64,000 bases of DNA from Octopus sinensis (taxonomy: Eukaryota), in NCBI RefSeq assembly GCF_006345805.1, contig NC_043000.1:28024001-28088000 (forward strand), read 5' to 3'. Positions within the stretch are counted from its first letter, which is position 1. The number at the start of each line of letters is the position of its first letter. The notes below the pieces were generated by a model that saw nothing but the letters and a program-made list of their open reading frames with translations, was not told where the DNA came from and did no database searches. The position numbers and the translations under genes are program-made. Shown piece after piece: positions 1 through 13,400 of the stretch.

Positions 1-244
1 AGACAGACAGCTTTTCAGCCTTTTCTTATCATTGCCGCTGAAGTTCGAAATATTCAACCATAAAATCTAAACATGTGCCTGCATTGGTGAAGAATTCCGG
101 TGTAATAAAATATTTGACTTGTAACGGCTTACTGAAGATGTTTCTACACAACCCCCATGTTCTGTTTTCTTCTTTCTTTCTTTCTTTTTTTCCTTTTTCT
201 TTTCTTCAGATAAATAATCAGCAAATAACAGTAAAATGTATCTG

Positions 245-300
245 GCCGCCATGTTTGGTGGCGGGGCGACATTCGTACTGACCAGGACAACGTTGACGTA
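245..300. promoter_or_regulatory. Possible promoter-type motif cluster: YY1-like GCCGCCATGTTT, GC-box-like GGCGGGGCG and CRE-like TGACGTA
   Basis: Motifs at 245-256, 260-268 and 294-300 in a short CpG-rich patch within AT-rich unique DNA; no transcript evidence. Confidence 0.25.
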
Positions 301-1041
301 TTGCATTTTTATTCTAAAACTATAACTGAAATAATGCAATAAAGTTCTTGATAAACGCTGGTTTTCATCAATGGATATTGTAGCACGACCTTTCTGCTGC
401 TTTGGTACACAATAACTCCTGTTATACGTTATACTAAAGTCTAAATGTATAGGTTTCTTTTTTTCACTTATTCAGTTATATTTCGTCTTATTTTTCTTTT
501 CTTATATCTTGTATTTTTTTCTGTACTTTTTCCATGTTCGTTGTGCTGTGAGGCGAATCAACACCTCCTAGTGACCTCTTGACACCAGCCGGATATTAGA
601 AAGTGTTGACGTGATACACAGCTTCTGTAATTTTAATCCGGCGTTTTGCCTTTATTGGAAAGCTGAACCAATGGAATACATCTGCAGAACTTCTATAGAC
701 ACAACTTCCACAAATAGATTCCTCATATTGATTGTTGTCGCAAATAACATTCGATCCTGTATTCTTCCACTGATCCATTGAACAAACAAATTAGTAAGAT
801 TTTAGCTATTTGTATAAACACCATCACCATGATCGCAATGTCCAGTCCGATCACCACTACTATCCACCGACATAATCAACAACCCCACCACCACCATCAC
901 AAACAACACCCCAGCCCCGTCATCACTAAAACCGCCATTACAGACACCATCATCAACACTACCTCCGTGACCGCAAACACCACTACCACAACCATCACCG
1001 CTAACACTTCAACACGATTAGAATCCAACCCAAAACCATCC

Positions 1042-1050
<9 letters not shown>

Positions 1051-1120
<70 letters not shown>
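1051..1120. repeat. (CTA)n microsatellite
   Basis: Direct reading. Confidence 0.95.
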
Positions 1121-1164
1121 GTTCAACCAAAAACGAACTCCGATAAAACTGGTGGTGGTCTGTA

Positions 1165-1605
1165 TTTTGAATGTGTGTGTCTGTGTCTTTGTTTGTCTCC
1201 AACTACAGCTTCACAACCGGTATTGGTGTGTTTACGTCCCCATAAGTTAGAGATCAATGGAATAAATACGACGCAAGGCGGTGAGCTGGCAGAAACATTA
1301 GCACACCGGGTGAAATGCTTATCAGTATTTCGTCTGTCTTTAGGTACTGAGTTCATATTCCGCCGAGGTCGACATTGCTTTTCAACCTTTCGAAATCGAT
1401 GAATTAAGTACCACTTGCGTACAGGAGTCGATCTAATCGAGTGACCCCTTTCCCCAAAATTTCTGGCCTTGTGCCTAGAGTAGAAAAGAATAACTACCAC
1501 GCTTAAAGGAGTAAGAATTGGGGCCAATTCGTTCGACTAAAGAATTCTTGAAGGTGGTGCACCAGCATGGCCGCAGTCTAAAGTGTGAAACATATGAAGG
1601 AGAAA
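1165..1605 (+). mobile_element. Composite SINE: 3' half of family B interrupted by a family A2 SINE (about 1275-1493)
   Basis: B body and tail (ggtgtgtttacgtcccc ... cagcatggccgcagtc) flank an A head (aaggcggtgagctggcagaaac) ending in the ccccaaaatttctggccttgtgcctagagtagaaaag tail. Confidence 0.8.
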
Positions 1606-1612
1606 AGATATG

Positions 1613-1788
1613 CTCTGTATGTCATACCTAGTAATACGACAAAATATAGCTGAGTGTTTCCCACATGATAACCTAACGTGAGTTGTAACGCATACAGTAG
1701 TAGACGTATATCTAATTGTACATACAAGAAAGAGAGACAGACAGAGACACGGAGTCAGAGATAGAGAAGATCTTGAGTTTGGATAAAT
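1613..1788. repeat. Unclassified ~175-bp dispersed repeat, copy 1 (copy 2 at 61578-61748)
   Basis: Shared ctagtaatacgacaaa ... cctaacgtgagttgtaacgcata ... ggagtcagagatagagaagatcttgagttt. Confidence 0.85.
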
Positions 1789-1949
1789 TTTTATTCTGTG
1801 GCAAGGGGGCGGTGGAATTGAACATTCTGTGTCTGAAATGAAACAATATTTTTAAAAAGTTTTGTCAGTTTGAAAAAAATTAAAATTTCTTTCAGACATC
1901 AGATAGCACTTCCCATCATGTCTCATACGAACATATCCAAATTCCAACT

Positions 1950-2618
1950 AAGGCAGCGAGATGGCAGAAATGTTAGCACGCAGGGCGAAATGCTTAGCGG
2001 TATTTCGTCTGCCGTTACGTTCTGAGTTCAAATTCCGCCGAGGTCGACTTTGCCTTTCATCCTTTCGGGATCGATTAAATAAGTACCAGTTACACACCGG
2101 GGTCGATATAATCGACTTAATCCGTTTGTCTGTCCTTGTTTGTCCTCTCTGTGTTTAGCCCCTTGTGGGTAGTAAAGAAATAGGTATTCCGTCTGGTGCT
2201 ACGTTCTGAGTTCAAATTCCGCTGAGGTCGACTTTGCCTTTCATTATTTCATGGTCGATTAAATAAATACCAGTTACGCACTGGGGTCCATATAATCGAC
2301 TTAATCCGTTTGTCTGTCCTTGTTTGTCCCCTCTGTGTGTAGCCCCTTGTGGGCAATAAAGAAATAGATATTTCGTCAACCTGTAAAGGCGGCAAGCTGG
2401 CGGAAACGTTAGCATTCCGGACGAAATGCTTAGCTGTATTTCGTCTGCCGCTACGTTCTGAGTTCAAATTCCGCCGAGGTCGACTTTGCTTTTCATCCTT
2501 TCGTGGTCGATAAATTAAGTTCCAGTTACGCACTGAGGTCGATGTAATCAACTTAATCTGTTTGTCTGTCCTAGTTTGTCCCCTCTATGTTTAGCCCCTT
2601 GTGGGTAGTAAAGAAATA
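1950..2618 (+). mobile_element. Family A tRNA-SINE cluster of three tandem units, the middle one headless
   Basis: Head aaggcggcgagctggcagaa, central gcctttcatcctttcggggtcgat..agtaccag block (Deu/Nin-like, inferred) and tail agccccttgtgggtagtaaagaaata, repeated three times. Confidence 0.9.
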
Positions 2619-2632
2619 ACGAGTATATCCAA

Positions 2633-2633
2633 A

Positions 2634-2714
<81 letters not shown>

Positions 2715-2760
2715 TAGTAGTATAGTAGTAGTAGTAGTTGTTGTTGTTGTAGGTGGAGGA
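2633..2760. repeat. Compound (TAG)n/(CAG)n/(TTG)n microsatellite
   Basis: Direct reading. Confidence 0.95.
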
Positions 2761-2824
2761 GGAGATGTACAGCAGCAGTATTAAGAATAATAATGATAGT
2801 AACGATATCGCAATTTATCACAAG

Positions 2825-3875
2825 TTCGCCTCTTGCAGAAATCTGCCTTTTGACGGCATATCTATGTCAGTGAAAGTTGTTTCGAACCGGAAATACCATA
2901 CAGCTGCCATGCCAGTTCACTACTTTGTCTGAAGCTAGCTATCTATCGTGCATCTGCTTAAAAAATTTCAGCAACGACCCGCCGTGTTTACTTACCGAAA
3001 ACCTTGTCGTTTGTCCCGTCACTTGAATGTCAACATGGAACCTCCACTGACTGCGATGCCTGACTGATAAGGGGCCATTATCTACCAGATTCAAAGCTCA
3101 CTCTGAGCCTGCAACTCACCCACGGCTGAAATTCAGTCAAAGGGATGAGAGATAGAAAAACAACAGCATAGCAAAATGCGAAAAGACATTGCTTACCGTC
3201 TACGGATATTTGCTAATGTCGTGGCCACAACGCATGACATGCGTCAGAAAACCGAGACATACCAAACTCTCAATAGAGAAGATGAAAGCAACAGAATGAC
3301 AACCCTGAAAAAAGAGACGCATCCTTCCATAAGAAGCGAAATAGCAAATGCTGCAGACTGTTTCGAGGAAAATTAAAACAAGGCAAGATTTTCAGACAGA
3401 ACTATAATGGAGGTGACAAATGCATTTAAAACGTCTAAGCGATCGTTTACAATAAGTTTCCTCTCACGCCATTCCAATGGGAAACTGGCCATTCTTCACG
3501 CAACATCGTCCCAGTTTCAACTCACCCGGAGGGCGGGTCCGAGTGAGGGACGTACAGCCTAACTTCATCACGCGAACAGTAACCTGCAATACTGTTCGAC
3601 GGTATGGGCTTGCCCCACCAGGCGTCGTGCAGCAACCTTACTGCCCTTGAGAAAATTATGTATTCTTTTAACAGAAAGCATTTGGATCAACTCCATGTGC
3701 CTGGTGTCCGATGCCATTACGGTGGTATCTGCATATGCTAAAGTGGCTCGTCCGCGTCCTGGTTCCACCAGTTTCCCTTCAAACATTCCAGTTTGTCCAG
3801 TAGTGGTGCGAGAACCAGTTCATGCAAAATAGCTGAAAAAGAACACATTTGTCGAAACAAGACCCTGATCTGAAA
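2825..3875 (-). pseudogene. Decayed Tx1/L1-clade LINE ORF2 fragment (RT core to C-terminal region)
   Basis: Minus-strand frames give FRQMCSFSAILHELVLAPLLDKLE (RQGCPLS-like), ATLAYADTTV (YADD-like), TWWGKPIPSNS, WRERKL and LLFRFLWK, with stops and frameshifts. Confidence 0.8.
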
Positions 3876-6800
3876 CGCTTCCAATTTACTCTAAGATTTC
3901 AATTTACTCTAACCACTAAGTAGATAGAGACCAGCTATCCAATCTCCGAAAACGGAACCGAAACCGGCTATTTTGAGGACAAGTGGAAAGTAATGATCGA
4001 CATCATCGATAGGTTTCGATTACTCCAAGTTAATTAGGAATCAACTAAGGCCGAATTTATTATAGGGAATATAAATCCTCTATGATACATCGCACTGGGT
4101 GGAGATTTTCACGAATAGATCTACGCTACCACGCTACCTCGCTCACATGAGCTAAGTTATATTACTACTCTGGCTAAAATCTTGAACTCTACATTCAACG
4201 GAATTATGAGCTGAAAATTATCAATTATACACCTATTCGCATCCTTCCTCGGCAGTGCTATAAATCCCAGATCACGGAAGTGGGTATCAACCGTTTTGCT
4301 GCCAATTGTAGTCGACGCGTGACAAGAGGTCGGTGAATATGTTTGGCATAAATGCCTAAAGGTCGTGGGTGAGATCTATTAATTCCAGATTATCGAACCG
4401 ATCCTGTGATCAGAAACTTTTGATCCATGGCATATCTGATCTTATTCTAAGCACATTGTATATCTAGGACTACATTATCCAGTGTTTCATTCCTTTTCGA
4501 AGAAAATCTAATTCACAAGAGATTTTGCTCCTACTTTTTTTAGTATATCGATCGATCATTCAGTTGCGAAATATCACTTTGTCTGATGTTTTATAACAAT
4601 AGAAACCCATTCGCATCAAAGGACTCATAACAGGGATGTTCTCTCTTTGGTTACACAAATATGAACGGTTCTCTTTATAAAGTGAAGTAAGCTGGTATTG
4701 CTTAGGAGTAAATACTTAGATATACACGTAAGGCTCTTTTGCTTTCATTTGACAAAGAGTAGACTCTGGTTATTGATTCCATTATATTGTTTCATTATAC
4801 GATTAGAGTTACACATTTCAGAATATCCAGAAGTCTGATATCTTCATCACTATATAGGCATTACATGGTGGTAGTTAAATAAAAATGCCATCGTTGATAT
4901 GCTGTCATAAACAGTATGCTCTACAGGAAGCCATCGTTTTTCTTGAAAATAAAAACAGACATGAAATATTCTAGATTCACTATGGATTTGTGGAACGAGA
5001 CTTCAGTATAGATTGGTGGTTGAAGAGTAATACATTTGCATATTTTGCTGTTGTTTTTCGTTATCTTTTAATTCCTCATTTTTAAGTTATTTAATTCACT
5101 ATTAAAATTGTTGTATTGATTTTTGTCTCTCCTTTAACCACTTCAATATATTTCAAAAATATATTTTAAAAGTTTTATCTCAAAATCTTCACTCCTCAAA
5201 CGATTCTCAAATCTTCCCTACTTTGTGATATTTTTACATTTTTACTAACATCACACTGATATTACATTCTACTTATTTATCCGTCCACCATCTTTTACAC
5301 ACGTATATTCACACATGCACTCACACGTATGCACCCACAAGCCAGCAAGTACACACACACTTTATCCCTCCTAATTCATCCCTCCCTCCCTCTACATCTC
5401 TCTCTCTCTCTCTCTCTCTCTCGTCATCTACTTTTCCACAAACTTTCCTCTTACTAAAATTTCTATCTGCATCCTCTTACTTCATGTCTCGTTTACTCAC
5501 GTTTTACTTTCGCTTTCTCGATAACGCCATGTTTCGCTTACACATTTCTTTGCCTTTTTCATTATTGCCTCTCTTTCATAAAACATTTCTTTATATATTT
5601 TCTTTCTTTGTATTTTCCCATCACTGTTTATAATACCCTCCGCCACACACTCACCCTCTTGCTCTTTCTGTCTGTATCACTTTTTCCTTATTTCCTTCTA
5701 TATTTTTCACTCTTTAATCATTCGTCCCTTAAAACTTCTATCCAATTCTCATAGAAAAAAAAAGTATTCTAAACGGACGAAGGAAAAAAATTCCCATATA
5801 ATTGCAGTCTTTTTCAGCGAAAATTTCAACTAGAAAATTCTCGAGAAACACGTACACCGAATTATTTCTCTTGATTACTTCATTTATTTTATTTTATTGT
5901 AGCTTATTTTATTTCTATATTGAACTTATTTCTAGATTTTTCTTTCATCATCATCTTCTTTATTCTCATTGAGATTTCCATCTTTAAATTGCATAAATAA
6001 ATGAAATCAAAAACAATATACATAATATATGTATACATGTATAAATGTGATTAATATACATAACTATATATATATATATATATGTATATATCAGAGATTT
6101 ATTATTGTTATATATATATATATATATATAGATATGCAAGTGCGTACACACACACATACACACACATATGTATATATACATGCGCATACATCCGTACAAA
6201 CATATATGTATATGTTTATATGTATTGCATATATGTGTGTGTGAGTTTTGTATTTGTGAGAGAGAGAGAGAGAGTGTGTGTGTGTATAGCTAAAAAGGAG
6301 TATGTGAGTGTGCGAAAGAAGGATTAATAATGCGAAATTAAGATTAATCTGGCGACTATTTCCTCACAAGTGAGTACCTTAATATGCAATTGTAGCTGCT
6401 AGAATCACTCTCTTAGCTTATTATCAGGTTATGTCAATTAATGCCTTTTGAGGCAATGAGTGGAGAACTCTAAGTCTACTTGTCGCTACTTTACTGCCTA
6501 TGACGAACAAACTTATAATGAAGTACTGCCTTTAAACTAATGATTAGGCGAAATCAACATCTTTTATTAATTACAATCATTAATTATGTACACCCTAGGC
6601 CAACTGAAGAATCATTAAACTATTGGCTTGCACATTAATCACCGCACGCTTCCGGCTTTGACATTTAACTTAAATCGGTCACAATAATTGTACGTATTAC
6701 GTTTAATGTGTGAACATTAATATATAAACAAATAGGTGTGCGACTTGTGTAATTACATCTAGCATCTTTCTTTTTGTGGGGGTCTGTATCATTAATTGTC

Positions 6801-7384
6801 CGCGGTACATAAATGTGTGCGTGCGTGTGTGTGTGTGTGTAGGAGATCGGTTGAGGCAGATGACAATATTGGCAATATTTTTGTTTTTCAAAATTCTCTC
6901 CGAAAGAAGAATGCCTAACTGCAATTAAAGAGATGGCTTGCAGGGAATTGATTAACCTGCGTTGTTACCAGGAATATGGTGCAAGCGAATTTAGCGACCC
7001 AATTATACGACTCATGCCGATCCTAATAACGTGTGGGTGTGCGTTTCTTCTATGTACGTGTCTGCTTATACAATTACAGGAATTGCTTGGAAGTAATGCA
7101 GACTGCTATAATTCATGGTGAGAATCGACTGCGATAACACGCATCCAGTGTTCGAATCACATTTTAGGCCATATTTATTTTTACAATAGCTTAAAGGAAC
7201 ATCTTATTTTATTGTGATTCTTATATCCGGAATCTTTTTTTTTTTATATATGCGACAACGTTTCTGCATGAGTATGTATAAATGCATATATATCGAAACG
7301 CATAGAGGCGCGAACACACACTCACTCACACCCACAGGAATATAAATATATGTATGTATACAGACACACACACACGCACATACA

Positions 7385-7460
<76 letters not shown>

Positions 7461-7559
7461 TATGTATATTGAGTAGAAGGCCTTATATGTGGGTGTGAGT
7501 GGACGTCAATATACCTGATTTACAAATAAAACGGAACCCTAAACCAAGCATCACATAGT

Positions 7560-8050
7560 AATTAATTTCGTTCTTTGATGTCCAGGTTTCAAATAGTGCC
7601 TCGGTGACATTGTCTTTCATCTTCGCATAGTTGATTTAACAGTTACTATATATATATATATATAGTGTGGAAAATATTTTTCGTTTCCTGTGACTAGAAC
7701 ATCAAAGTGCTATCACGTCCTGCTATTTTCTTCGAAAATGAATCAAGCAGTTTGTATAAATACACTTGTTACATAACACAATGTCAGAAAACAAAATTGT
7801 TTCATACACACATATGATTACACCTCAGTTTCTCATTGATATGCTTCGGATGTCATGGTATCACCACGATGGATATTCGAAGCACCACGGACGAGGCATC
7901 TTCGTGGATATCATATCGTTCCAGGTTTCCGTTATTTACGTCTTCTTTTCCTTACCAGCTCATACGATGCTCTCGGAACCTGTACATTTGATAACACATG
8001 CCCTTGAGAAGGAATCGTTTCAGATAATGCTAGGAATTGTACAATGTCAA
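7560..8050 (-). pseudogene. Possible highly decayed mariner transposase relic
   Basis: VLVTGNEK (VTGDEK-like) and LKPGHQRTK (KPGLHPKK-like) fragments only, with many stops. Confidence 0.3.
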
Positions 8051-9228
8051 CGAAATATGTTTTCGTGAAACTGCGCTCTCTACCAACATTAAACAGACCT
8101 AATCCCATATTAATACACCGAGAACCGGATCAAATAAACAATTTAATATTTATGGGCAGAATGGCGCATCATTCACTAATAACAGTTTTATATGCCTCAA
8201 GAATCTAGCAACAAATCGAACTTAAGGATTTGAATTTATAGACATATATTTATTAGTCATAAAATTGCAAATGACTTCCGATAAAACCTTCATTTGAACT
8301 ATGGTTATATTAACTGATATTTTAATATCGATTTAAGGTAGTCTGGTTGTTGCGTTTTGAATTTTGAGAGGTAAATATTTCTGCTTTCTCATACGATGAT
8401 TGTAAAACTGATGATATATATTGTGCGGGTTAAGAGAATTCAAAATAAGTCGATGATTCTGGTTGCATAAAGCCTGTCCCACATGAGAAAACGGTTGTAT
8501 GATTTTCACACAAAATGGTTGTACGGTGGTTGATCACCGATTACAGAACGAAACATCCAATTCTCTCAACGTCTATAAGAGCTTTACAGAATGCATATTT
8601 AAGATGGCATCTATAATGGTTTTAGTGAGCTTATTGTTGAATACTTGTATGCTATTCCAACGGAATTAGTAACTCTGTATACTTTCCTGATCACACATCG
8701 TTTATTTTCGATATCTGTAAATTATTAATTCGTTTAGCACATCAAAGAACTCTGTGATCGATGAAACGCAATTTCATTGGATGTGTAATGAGGCAGATTA
8801 TCTTTGAGGTATTTGGGTTACGGAATCAGATAGCGATACTAGGAATGAAGCTTCGTGAAAAACAAGTGGGCCTAATGTTTTTAGTTGTAAGGTACCAGAG
8901 TTCTATAAACAAAACTAGTGTTACGTGACTGAACAGATATGAAAAGAAATTAGGATAACAAATATATATGTGTATGTATGTGTGAATGTGCGTGCATATA
9001 TGTGTATATATATATATGTTAGTGCATATATATGTGTGTATGCTTATGTTTGTATGTATATACAAATATATAGAGATATGTATACACACACGCACACACA
9101 CACATATATATATATATGTATACACACACACATATATATATGCATATATATATATATATATATATATATACGTAGATACATGTATCTATACAAATATATA
9201 TACATATGTATGAACATATACATACACA

Positions 9229-9261
<33 letters not shown>

Positions 9262-10145
9262 ATGCATTGCCATTATAAATATATAACTGTTCATATATGC
9301 CTATATAGTATATCTGTGTATATATGTATACACATGTGCGCGCGCACATAGGCATGCACACACACATAAGCGCACACAGGCACTAACACACATACACACA
9401 CGTGTGTACGTATGTGTGCACATGCATATATTCATATATACGTACATATATGTGTGTTGGTATGTTTGTGTTAAATATATTTGTTGTGTTTGAGTACGAG
9501 CACATACGGAAGTTTGTGTGTATTATATTCACAGGTATTTAGATGTTACATGACCTTACAGGCGCCATACAAACGCCATTACTACAAATGCTCTCACGCT
9601 AAGCTAGCTGTAACATCATACACACATATTTTTATTGGTTACAACCAGGTTTCAACTATAGGACGTCAAGCTTCATATATCACAAACCAACTTTGCATCT
9701 TTTATTTGCATACTTTAAAAAATCGATGCTTATAATATCAGAGATAAGATGCGAGTGTATTGAGTTGTCAGAAGCAAAATATTGCCGGATTAATTGTCTT
9801 CTAGCAGCATTTTATTTCGTCATTCTTTACATTCTCTCTTCCCATTCCACAAGGATCGATTTGTTTTCAATTCCTCTGAGCTCGATAAAATGAATACTAG
9901 TAATATATTGGCAGTCATATTATTGAATATACACACCCCAGTTTGAAAGGATGAACTGTATTCCTAATATAAAAGAAAAAATCTAAGATAAAATGTGCAG
10001 AGGATAAGATTGTATATTAGAGAAATAAACTACCGTTAGTCTAAACATGGAGCAATCTATATCACGTGCTCATCTGGCCGTGAGTACACGTGTTGCTAAA
10101 AGTCTACTCAATAGCGTGGAAAAATATTAATTGCTAACCTTTCAA

Positions 10146-10191
<46 letters not shown>

Positions 10192-10203
10192 ACGCACACA
10201 CAC

Positions 10204-12400
10204 GTTAGTGTTTACGCACCTACAATTTCACACACAAAAGCAGCTGCTGAACAATTCTGCAAGGAATTTGGAGAACTGATGGGAAATGTGTCAGCTTCTG
10301 ATAGACTAGTAATTATCGGGGACTTTAATTCGAGGGTTGGGTCTGATTTCATGACATGCAACGGCCTTGGGTATAGGAAAATGGTGTGGGAAAATGTCGC
10401 CAAAATGGCATCTCTTGCCTTACTTTTTGCACTGAACATCGACTTGTGATAGCGAGCACTTTCTTTCAGTAGAAATATAAATATAAAACAACCTGAAGTA
10501 TCCAAGGTATAAGTGCAGGTACCTTACTGAGTGTGTCATGGTTTGCAAACCAGATTTTAAAGAAACCCGTAGTGCCCGAGCTATGAGAGAAGCAAATTCC
10601 CAGGCAGGTTGTGGCTAATGAGAAGGATGTTTAATCTTTAAATTCAGCCCCAAATTAGAAAAGGAGACTGCCGTACCAAACAGAATTAACATAACAGATC
10701 TTAATTTCCCTAATTTATCGCAAAGTTTACGGGATGCAATAAGTGGTGTCTCACTCGAACAAGAAAATCCATAGGAGAATTTCAAACTAAGAATTCATGC
10801 TGCAAAACCTTCTACTCTGGGCTACAGAGCTAAGGAAATAGCAGACTAGTTTGTTGTCAATGGTTAGTAATTACTGATCATTAAAAGCAAAAACTAAGCA
10901 AACATATTCTAAACAAAAGATGCGCAAGATAATATAGACCGAAAAATACAGCAGTCTTTTTTTTGCCCAAGATCAGCGACTATAGCTCCAATGAGATCTG
11001 ATGAGGGCCAATGAGTATTTCATGATATGAAATCCATACAGAATCGACGAGTGCAGCACTATTCTAATCTTCCCAATAGATGATCATACTGTGAAAATAA
11101 TTGAGGAAATAGTAGACCCCCTTGTTGTCCAAAGGGTCTGTTAGCTGATACAAGATGATATTGCACGAGTTATAAAAAAGCTCAATAATAATTAGGGACT
11201 GATTTGGTATCTTTGAAGCTTGGCGACTAAAGGATGACGAAACTAATTATTCCTTTCTTGTATACTATTTGAGGAAAGTGGAGGTGCCTCAAAAGGGTTG
11301 ATGTTATTCTTATTTCTCTATATAAATTTGTCTCAAGGACTTAGGTTGAAATTTCGTCGGTTATCGTCGAATTTGGTCGAATGCCGTCGGTTTCTGGAAT
11401 GGTTTTTTCTCGTGAGCATTTACAGCGCCTTAATGAATACATTGACCCGAAACCTGTATCGGCGTCACAATGTGGTTTGCGCGCTTCTCGAGAGAGATTT
11501 GATATGATCCCATCATCCAGCAGCTACAAGAGCAACGGAGAAGACATTGGCTTTTATCATTGCTTTGCTTATTTTAGCAAAGTTTTTGACACGATCAATA
11601 GGAAGCACTGTGGCTGGAGTTGAAGATAGTTGGCTGCCCTGAAAAGTTTGTGAATATAACCAGGGCTCTCCATAAGGATATAAAGACCCGGGTTAACTTT
11701 GGTGGAAACCATATCGGTACCATTTACGGAACCAGAGCTCTCCATAAGGATATGAAGACCCAGGTTAACATTGGTAGCATTTCCGGTTAAAATTTGACTC
11801 ACGCTAAGTGATCTCCAAGCCCCGACACACTCCTCTATTTATTTTGCATCTATGTTTTCAAATACATTTGCAACTTCAACAAATGACATCTATATACGAT
11901 AACCCCCCTTATGTGATTATTCTGATATGAAGACTCTTCAAATCCAAGGTCTTTACCTCTATGGAACTTGTTCTTTTATGCGCGGACGACATTGAATTAA
12001 TTGTGACGAATAGGAATGCATAAAGATCTATGATTTTCAGCATTGTTAAAGATTTGGGGCTTGACAGAGTTAAACACGCTGAAATTGACGTTAATATCAT
12101 ATAAATTGATATCATATAAAAATGAGGTTAATGTCAAAAAAAGCTTTGCGAGTGTTTCTCGTTCATTCTTTAAAAGTTCCATATGCACAAAGGTAAGTAT
12201 ATCTCACACGGGCATAAGATTGCACCAGTGCACCCAAGGCATGCATGAACTATTGGAATTTCATTCTGGATGACCAGATTCAATAGCATGTTTGTCCAAA
12301 AATTTGCAAGTCATGTGGAGGAATGTTATGATACTAGAACTTTCAAGCGGAACATGGGGCCAATACTGAAATAAGATATTGCTGCAGTATAGAGGAGCAG
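10204..12400 (+). pseudogene. Decayed RTE-clade LINE ORF (APE endonuclease plus RT)
   Basis: VSVYAPT, IIGDFNSRVG, GVGKC..NG, FCTEHRLVIASTFFQ, SQCGLRASR, FSKVFDTINR, GCPEKFVNI and CADD (11979-11990); many stops and frameshifts. Confidence 0.88.
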
Positions 12401-12529
12401 CTTTTCAATCGCTTTTCAGGGCTCTAAAATCATATAAAATCTTGCACTAGGAAAGAGCACAGGTAGGTACAAAAATTGGTCAATCTCTGCAAGAAGCAGA
12501 CAGCTACCATATACATATACAAAGATACA

Positions 12530-12565
<36 letters not shown>

Positions 12566-12723
12566 AAGTATATGAAAGAATTGAGTTGAACGACTAGTTA
12601 ACAAATATCCTTTATTCTCGACATATGTTTCGAAGGCTGCATATTTCTTTCTGATGTGAATTTGCTACCCAGGTATCGGTTATCTTTCGAATTATCCTTA
12701 ATAAGATAATTCATTCAATTATT

Positions 12724-12726
<3 letters not shown>

Positions 12727-12809
<83 letters not shown>
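12727..12809. repeat. (TA)n microsatellite
   Basis: Direct reading; one of many (TA)n tracts in the window. Confidence 0.95.
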
Positions 12810-12812
<3 letters not shown>

Positions 12813-12963
12813 GGTACCCCAGCATGGCCACAGCTCGTGAGCTGAAACTAGATAAAAAAAATATATACAGTTACACACACACACACATGCACATATAATT
12901 ATATATATATACATATATAGGTGTACGTGTGGGTGTGCGTATATGTGTGTGTGTCTATCTGCA

Positions 12964-13400
12964 TAAGGTTGTCGGATAAATTTGTACGTTTCTCTACCTT
13001 CTCTACCTTTATTTTAATTCTTATATTTCACTAGAAATTTAACAAATCAGTCAATAATATATTCGCCATCAAGGCGACGATCTGGCAGAGACGTTAGCAC
13101 GCCAGGCGAAATGCTTAAGCCGTATTTCGTCTGCCTTTAAGTTGTGAGTTCAAATTCTTCCGAGGCCGACTTTGCTTTTCATCCTTTCGGAGTCAACTAA
13201 ATAAGTACCAGTTACGCACTGGGGTCTATATACTCGAATTTATCCATTTACCTGTCCTTGTTTGTCCCCTCTATGTTTAGACCCCTCCTGCAATAAAGAA
13301 ATAAATATATTCACCATCACTGTTCATGACATCTTGAAACATTCTACTACCTTGCCAAGGTTTTGACAGTAGAAATCAAAGGTATGTAAAATCATCTTAA
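12964..13400 (-). mobile_element. Mariner-like 3' end relic interrupted by a family A SINE
   Basis: TA followed by TIR-like aggttgtcggataaatttgtacg; minus frame gives SRMFQDVMNSDGEYIID*, resembling a mariner C-terminus. Confidence 0.5.
13071..13303 (+). mobile_element. Full-length family A SINE with ~15-bp target site duplication
   Basis: TSD aatatattcgccatc (13056-13070) and aatatattcaccatc (13304-13318). Confidence 0.9.

Noticed and set aside
596-778. 60-aa minus-strand ORF ending PIKAKRRIKITEAVYHVNTF, with a branch-point-like TACTAAT upstream
   Set aside because: Only superficial resemblance to GPCR loop or GIY-YIG motifs; spacing does not fit and no family is recognisable
1950-2618. tRNA genes or a CRISPR-like array
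   Set aside because: The tRNA-like heads belong to SINEs and lack complete cloverleafs; the repeated units are SINE bodies without spacers
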